Origin: a virus
Taxonomy: Duplodnaviria > Caudoviricetes
Strand: one strand, 5' to 3'
Virus record (IMG/VR): IMGVR_UViG_3300027833_002080
Location: 1,082-65,081 of that record
Length of the DNA: 64,000 nucleotides
Shown piece by piece: positions 27,001 to 36,000 of this stretch; the stretch's first letter is position 1, and the number at the start of each line of letters is the position of its first letter. A program made the position numbers and the translations under genes. A model generated the notes under the pieces. That model worked only from the letters and a program-made list of their open reading frames with translations, had not been told where the DNA came from and made no database searches.

Positions 27001-30000
27001 TCTTACTGCTGTATTTGATTTAACTTATTTACCAAACTCTTTTGATGTAATACCTAACGAATGGACAGTACCTTCAGCTGAAGACTTAATATCAATGTCT
27101 ACAAACATTGCTTCAAGTGGATCTGGATTTTTAGGGGAGTTTAATTTTACTTCTGGAGAGTATTGGAGTAGCAGTCTTTCAGTATCAAATCCTAATCAGT
27201 ACGGACAAACTTATAACATAGTAACTAATCCTGCTACTACAGTAGATAGAGCGAATACTCAAAAGTACCGAATTAGATTACATAAAATAATACCATTAGC
27301 TGATATAATAAATGGCGAGGTAGATATTACTGATTGCGGAGAAAATGAAGAAGTTATAGGTTGTACAGACGAGACTGCAACGAATTATAACCCAGAAGCA
27401 ACAACAAACATTAATCCTATTGCAGGAGATACAGATCACGTGTGTCAATATGAATTTACAGTAAGTGATTATGAGGACGAATTATTGCCTATTATTCTTA
27501 ATACTGAGGGCAATACTTTTGAGACATTAGAAGAATATGAAGAAAACGTAGACTCATATTTTAATACTATAGGATTTACTGATGACCTTTTATTGGCTCT
27601 TTATGGAGATCATATAAGTGGGTATACCTCTGCTGACGCAAGTATAGGTGTAACTATCCCTGCTCTTCCTTGTGTTTCAGAAATATATTCTGGGCTTAAA
27701 AATGAAGTATATACTAGCGGTAGTTATGATTTTAATTATACATCGCATGATCCTCGAGGCGCTAGTTCTAAAATTCAAGTAATTGGGCAGCAGCTGCTAG
27801 GCTCTGCAGAAAGAAACTACAAAGTATATTTAAATAATCCAACAAAGGATGGTATTTTAAAGTCTACTATTGATGCGGGAGCTCACTTATCGGCTACGCC
27901 TTCAACATATTTATTAGCAGATGAAAATACTGTTATTTCTAGTATATACCCGCCTTCTCTGGCAGAAGCATTAGCACAAGAATTTAACAATCAAGGGTAC
28001 CAAGGTAACATAAGTTTAAGTAACCTTGTAACTTATAGATTTAGGTTTGATAAAAATATAGTATTAAAAGATGGTGTAACTCATGGCGATATAATAAGTT
28101 ATCTACTTAATGATACTTTTTTAAATACCTCGGAAGCTATAATTAAAGATGTTAAAGGGAATCCTTTATGGCCAGTATTTGACCATAATGATTTACATAA
28201 GGATATGGCAACTTATCCTTCCCTATCCGTCTTAGCTGGAGAAGATAGACGTTTTCATTTTGGGTTTACTCCAAATTCTAAATTTGAAGAGTACGGGCAT
28301 TATGTAACAAATGGAGTAAATTTAATAACATCAAATTCTAATTTTGCTTCTAATTTAAACGATTGGACAGTTATTCCTGGCTCTGCTAATAGTACGTTAG
28401 CTTGGAATGCTTCTTATAGTGGGTCAGCACAGAGAAGCCTTAGTACCGATGCATTAGGAAATAGAACTGGATTAAAGAGAAGTATTGCGGTAGTTAGTGG
28501 GAACAAATATAAAATTACATATACGCGCGCAGTCGTTAATGTAGAAGCTGGTCAAACGCAGGCTACTAAAACTTATGTTGAAGTTCAGACTGCAGGTAAT
28601 AATATTGGAGAGTTTACAGAAATAGCTGTACAGAATGAAACTAGCCCTAATCTTGTAACTACATCTGATACGTTTACTTATACTGGACTTGGCTCTACAG
28701 TAGATTTATATTTTTACTTTGACTCTCAAGTACAAGGATTTTTAAGTTCTTTTGAAGTTGAAAAAGTAATTCCATATCCTAATGGGTATGTTTATTCTGA
28801 AGATCCGTGTGATGACACTAAAGTTCCTTCTGCATTTGTATATGATGTTGTATTAGATATATCTAATGGATTAGGAGAGTTAGACTTTAGTCCGTATGTT
28901 GAATATGTAGATCCAGAAAATACTGGATGTATGGATGCTACGGCATTAAATTATGATGAAGATGCTACATTTACAAATGGTAATTTAGCAGATTGTTTAT
29001 ATTACTTAGATAATTGTGCAGGTACTGGAGTAGATATAGAGGTAGATGTTGAGTCAGCAGATGAAGGATGTGGAAGAGAAATTACAGTTAAAGTTACAGC
29101 TTGTGATAATGTTGTGAGTAATGCTACTATTAGTATTATTGTGCTACAAAAAATAACAGATAATACAGGGGTATCACCGATAACCTCATTTGAACCTATA
29201 TTTACAATTGGGGATATAGAGCCTTGTATTGACGGTGTATCAAACACTGATGGTGTTGCAATATTAGCAGGGTTTACTTATGACCCAACTACTACTCAGC
29301 TTTTTGCTGGAGCAAACGCAGAGAGTAATGTTACTTATATTACTGGGCAAACTGCAGGAGCAATTCCAATAAACACATATCACCCTGAATTTCAAATACA
29401 ATACAGTGAATTTTATTTAGATCCAGAAAGTGGAGAAACTGAAGAATATTTATTTGATTACAATCCTGCTACAGACTTCCAAAGTGTAAACTTTACAATT
29501 GATCCAATTATAAATGGGTGTACAAATGATAGTTCATTTAATTACAATTCTAACGCTACATGCGATGATGGAACTTGTGTGGAGGTAGCAGAAGGTTGTA
29601 CTGATGTAGCAGCATTTAATTATGATCCATTAGCTAATACAGACGAAGGATGTATACCAGTTATTGAGGGATGTACAGATATTGAAGCATACAACACTAA
29701 TTATACTACAGACGAAGTTGCATCTACAAGTCCTGCGGGATCTAATTATCTTTATGGTGACATACAAAATTTACCAGCTCTTCCAGATGTAGGAAATTTA
29801 TCTATAAACACTCCAGGCAACGAAGACCTTTGTTTTTATTGTACTCAATTACAGGTTTCAGATCAAGGTGAGCACATTGCACAAGAGATTACTACTTTAC
29901 CTATTTCTCCAGATTTAGTTACTACAAAGCAGATTACATTTACATGGAATTCTACCATTAATGTAGATAACCAAGATGTTACATTAGCAGATAGCGATGG

Positions 30001-33000
30001 CAACCCTGTTGAAGTGCAAGTTAAGTATACCTATACTAATTATGCTTATACGTTTGTTCCTGATTTTGTGATGTTATATTTACAGAATCCACCGTGTAAA
30101 ACTTCTACTGGCTTTACAATAACGACTGAATCTGTAAGTTACAGTGATTTAAGATTAGGGGTAACAAAAGATTTATATATAATTAATACAGATAATAGTA
30201 CTTACGGGCAATTAACTAAAATTGAATTTGTAGCATATTATAACACTGGAGATAACGGAGTGTCTAGATGTGCGCAAACTATTTCTACAGAAGTAGATTA
30301 TATAGATCCAATTATGGGATGCTTTGACTCTAACGCTTTTAATTATTATTTAAATAATAATTATACAGCTTCTAGTTCTTATAACTTCCCTAGTGAGGTC
30401 TGTGCCGCTGCCTCGGTTCCAATTGCCCAACCTACTTTAACTATACCAGATTTTTGCTACCCTATTATTACAGGTTGTACCAATTCTGAAGCAAGTAATT
30501 ACACGCAGCCTAGTGGCAGTGTTCAATCTAATGTTAATACAGAAAGCGAGTGTGAGTTTGATGGGTGTACACAAGAGTGGGCAGATAACTACAGTTCAAT
30601 AGCCACAGATGACGATGATTCTTGTTACAAAGAAGGATGTACTAGAGCTTGGGCTGATAACTACGATGTCTTAGCAACTATCGATGATGGTTCTTGTTTT
30701 GCAACTGCTTGTACTCAGCCTAACGTATATACATCTCATTTCTGTTTAGATGATACTGACCCTTGTTTTAGTACTGCAGCAAATAATGATAATGGTATTA
30801 GTACAAACTATACTGCTGATACAGCGTTAATTTCTGACGACACTTTATGTTTATATGCAGGGTGTACAGATAACGGGGAGATAAATTCATTTAGCAGTCA
30901 GTCTATAGTTTCTGATCATTATGCAGACTTAACTTGGATTAACAACTTTTTAGTAGCAAATAATCTTACCTCGTACGTAACTACGTTACTTACGGAAATA
31001 CCAGCTTTTGAAACTACCCCTCAAGATCCTGGTCAGCCAGCAGCTAATTATAATTCTTTAGCTACTGTAAGTGCTGATACTTGTAGCTATGAAGGTTGTA
31101 CGGATTCTATTGCATCTAATTATGATGCTGATGCTACAACAGATGATGGGTCATGTACTTACTTTGCATGTATAGAAGAGGGAGCTGCTAATTTTGGAGA
31201 AGGTATTACATCTGGGACAACAGCAGACACTATTGATCTTAGTCTTGCTGCAAATGAATGTGAAGGTCCAAATTTATTATCTACAAACAGATTTAAATTA
31301 AATGAATACTGGGCAGAAGTTAATGCAACTGAGGGAGATTCTGAAGATTACACATTTACTTCCGCTTCTACTTACACGTCAGGGGTATTAACTAAAACTA
31401 TTATTTCGCCTTTTAGTCCAAATGATAATCCGTACAGTATATTAGAACCTGTATTTGATGGAGGATTTACTCCTCAAGCTGCAAATGGGGTAGATATAAA
31501 TACAACTATACAGTACCCTACATATAATCAAGTAGATACAGGAAGTAATGATTACATTTATAGATATATTTTAAGAGTAACAATTTCCCGAACAAATATA
31601 AATGATTCTACTGATCTTAGTGATTACGAAATAAAAATTAAAGAGTACAGTGTATCTAACAGTCTTGATCCAAATAATTTAACTGCAGCACAAGTAACTA
31701 GTCTTGAGACTCAGAATGTTACTTTACTTCAAACTGTTACTCTTGCTTCGGTAGGGGATAATGTGTACGAAACAACTGATGGGTACATTCCTCACCAATT
31801 TGGTCAGGTAACAGTTGTTGAAATAAGTGGGGGTGGAGCTAATTCTGTATCTACAATTACAGACATGACTTTAACAAGAGATCTTTGTATAGATCCATTG
31901 TTAAATTTAGACTCTCCCGAAATGGAAGCGCTTAATAATCAAGAGATATATATTAACAGTGTAAACGTTGATTTCTATTCTGAACTTGGAGAGTCTTTAA
32001 TAACAGATGGTAACTTTGAGGCTATGTTAGGTAATATTGTAGACGGTTACACTGAAGGAACTTTAATACAACAAAACTGGGCGGATTCTGCTGAAGTATT
32101 ACCAGGAATATCTAATTGGTTAACACTGCATGGAAACATGACCGGCTCTGATTGGTTTAACCCTACAAGTATAGAAAGTTGGGATAGAGATTACTATGGA
32201 TTATATCAACAAGCTATATTAAACGTAAATGCTGATCCAAATCATCATGGAGCAATCTTAATGTCTGCGCCAAACGATGCTAATGACACATTTAAACCTA
32301 ACGTCCATATTAGCCAAGCTGTTACATATACAATTGGTAAAATTTATAAACTTACGTTTACAGCCGCATTAGTTAAAAATACAGGTACTACTAATACCAC
32401 TTTAAGTGTACATACAAATGTAACGTACGACTCAACTGCAGGTGTCCAAACAACAGTAACAAATACTTCTTTAGTAGCTACTCAAGAAATTACAGAGGTT
32501 TTAACAGAGCATACTAGATACTTTACTGCAACAGCTGAGATGAATGGACTTTCTTTTTCAATACCTGGAAATAGTACATCTGTAAGAGTGTTATTTATCT
32601 CTGTAGCTGAAGCTACTCCTAATTTATTTAACTCAAACACAGATAGATGTTATTTATTTGGGTGTAATGAACCTTGGGCAACTAACTATAATCCCGACTT
32701 TGGGAATGAAGATTATTTTATAAATGTACCTGCGGGTGAATTAGGACCACAGGGTGAAGCAGGATGCTTCTTAGAAGGGTGTATGAATTCATTAGCTGGT
32801 AATTACGATCCTAATGCAACAATTGATGATGGTTCTTGTATTAAATATGGTTGTACAGATAATGGGTACGCTCCTAACAATACTTTATCTCCTTACCCAC
32901 TAGGGCAAGAGGCAGATAATTATGATCCAACAGCAACTATTAATGAAACAAGTGCTGATGATTTAACATCTCCATGTTTATACACGGGGTGTATGGAATT

Positions 33001-36000
33001 GACAATAAACGGTGTAGTACAACAAAATTATAATGCAGCTTACAATGTTTCTGGTAATTGTTATTCTGAGCAAATAGGGTGTATGGATACTCAGTATTGG
33101 AATTATAATGATACTGATGGAGATGGTACTTATAATAATTTAACAGGAATTGAAGGGCAAGATATAAATGAACAATCTGACCCAAACACTTGCTGTTTAA
33201 ATTTGTATGGATCTCCAAATGAAGCCGGAAATGCTATTGTAGCAACTGTGCCACAACCGCTAACTCCGCCTAAAGACACTTATAATCCTATACAATTTTC
33301 TTTAAATACATATGATTGTGCTGGGAACGACGCTTCAGTCTTTGTAGGTCCTGCGCAGCTTAATGGAGTTTCTTATGGAACATTACCTTCTTTTAGTGAT
33401 AGTACTGTACAAGTAAATAATATAATAGTTCGCGCATATCCAGCTACAGGGACTGCGGGTAGTTATCAACCAGATTTAAGTAGTACTTTATTTACAGAGC
33501 ACACTCCAACTTGGGAACAATTAACTGCTGTAAACGGAAGTGAAATAGGAATTGAAGTACCGATTTACGATGTAGGAACAACGACGTTAGCAACATTTAT
33601 AATCATAACTTTTAATTATACTAATGTTGCTCAATCTACTGAGTCTGAAAATTCAGGTTATAGTTGTACATACTCCTCATCATTAATTTTTGATAACGCT
33701 TGTCTAAGTACACAAGGGTGTTTAGATAATGGATATTTACCTAGTAATGCATCTCAAACTCCAGGGTTCCCTACAGTAGGGTTTAATCCATCATCAAGTA
33801 TTCATGTGGATAGTACAGCTAATTGTAATGTTCCTTATGTATTAGGGTGTATGGATCAGTATTATGCTAAGTCTGCAGGAACAGGACAAAGTTTATTAGG
33901 AACTTCAAGTGCTCCTGCTATTACGGGGACCTTATCTTTTAATTATAATAATAACCCTTCAGGTAATGATATAAGAGGAGTTGCTTATGACGGATGGAGT
34001 ACGGCAGCTACAATTAACATGTTTGATAATACTAATTCTGCTAATATAAACCCAGGTGCATTAATAGCAGAGTTTCATCCTTTATATGATGAAAGTACAG
34101 CAGCGACAGAAAATCAAGATCCTAATGTTGGGACAGGTCCTGCTGAAGAATCTTTTAATGGAGCTTATTATGGATGTTTCCCTGTAGTCACTGGATGCTT
34201 AACAACTGGTAAGTTTAATAAAAATAACTTCTACCATGCTGGTAATATACATCCACAAACAGGAGCCGCTTATAGTGCAACTCCGGGTGACCCTGGTAAT
34301 ATAGCTGGATTAACATTTGGAGCTAACGAGCCTCAAGATCCAACTATAAACCCTTTAACTTTAGTACCTTATACTGCTGAACAAATTAGACAAAATTTTC
34401 CGTATTTCTTTAATGTAAATACTCAATCTACTGATGCAGCAACAAATTGTTATAACAGCATAGCAGGCTGCACGGATCCAACTGCAGCTAATTTTGTTGC
34501 GCTTACAAATAATGTAGACGTAGATGTAAATACAGACAACGGTTCTTGTTGTTATGATGCAGCAGATATAACAGGCTTAACTGCCGCGCTTACTACTAAT
34601 TTCTATAGTACTCTATATCAAGGTGCTGACGTTACTCTTTTAAATGGGCAGTATTATAATGACGAACTTACAGAGTCAACTTTAGACTTTACTCACGCCT
34701 CTTGGAGTAACATTACTTACCCATCAGATGGTAGTACTATGCTTGCAGCAGTAAATGCAACTACATTAACTTCATCTACGTACACAGGAGACGCAATAAT
34801 TTGGAGATTAGATAGTAGTGCAGGTGGAAGTGCGTTAACTACGGCGGACAACAGTATAATAAATCTAACAGATCTTAAACTAGTTTTAACTTCTACGCAA
34901 AAGTTTAACGTAAAGGTAGTCGCACTTAATAAAGATTTTGTTATTAATAGTATTGCATCTAGAGCTGCGTTTGTAGAGTCTCTTGAAAATCCTAATAACA
35001 ATATTTCTAGACTTATATCTAGCCAAAATTACGAGTTAGGCGCTTTGAATCTTAATTTTGACTCTTCTAACGATTTGTCTATAGGAACTTTATATAAAGA
35101 TTTAGTTCTCATTATAACGCATATAAACGAAGACAGTGTAAATTCAAGCACTATTTCTTTTTCAAAGTTTAAGATTAGTAAACGTACTTACGCTGCATTA
35201 ACTATTTCGGCGGGTCTTACTAATCTGATAGATAATCTTAGTAACTTTCCTAGTACATTATCTGGTTATACTGCAACGGTAAAGAATAGTTTAGGAGCTA
35301 CAATATCTACTGTAACAGCAAATACTGCTGTTCAATATTTAGGTGTTATGTTACCTATTTATAAGTATGATTCATCTGCAGCTAATGCAAACGCTTACGG
35401 TGCTTACGCTCCAACATACTCAAACCTTAGCACTCACAGTAATGCAACTAATTTTGTAGACCCTAATTTAGGTACACAGTTACATTTTAGTTTAAGTTAC
35501 CTTGCTGCAGATGGTTCTACAATTTGTACTGCTTCTACAGGAATTGAGTTTACTATTCCGATTGACTTTACAAATACATCAATTAATTATGGATGTTCTA
35601 ATAATACTTATTTACAATATTACCTTAATAATTATTTAGGTAACACATCAGCTATAACTAATTACACTCATAATGCTGGAATTGGAGCAGCTGTAACTAT
35701 ACCAAATGGAGATTGTCAAAATACGGCGTCTACAGGATGTACAGATGATAATTATTTAGGAGCATACCCAGATAAAGAACAGATAGGAACTGTTTCTTTA
35801 GATGCTAATAATGAAATAAGTCAAATTACTACACCATTTATTCCTAATCAATTTGGATACTTAGGTGCTGCTGGATTTAATAGTCCAACTTATACTGGGT
35901 CTTCTTTCCCTAACGTAGCAATAAATATTTCAAATAATTTGCAATGCGGGGACGAGATTATTTTTGGATGTTTAATTGATACTTTTGCTGAGTACTGGGG

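Noticed and set aside
26887-27290. Diversity-generating retroelement
   Set aside because: No reverse transcriptase or template/variable repeat pair visible in the window.
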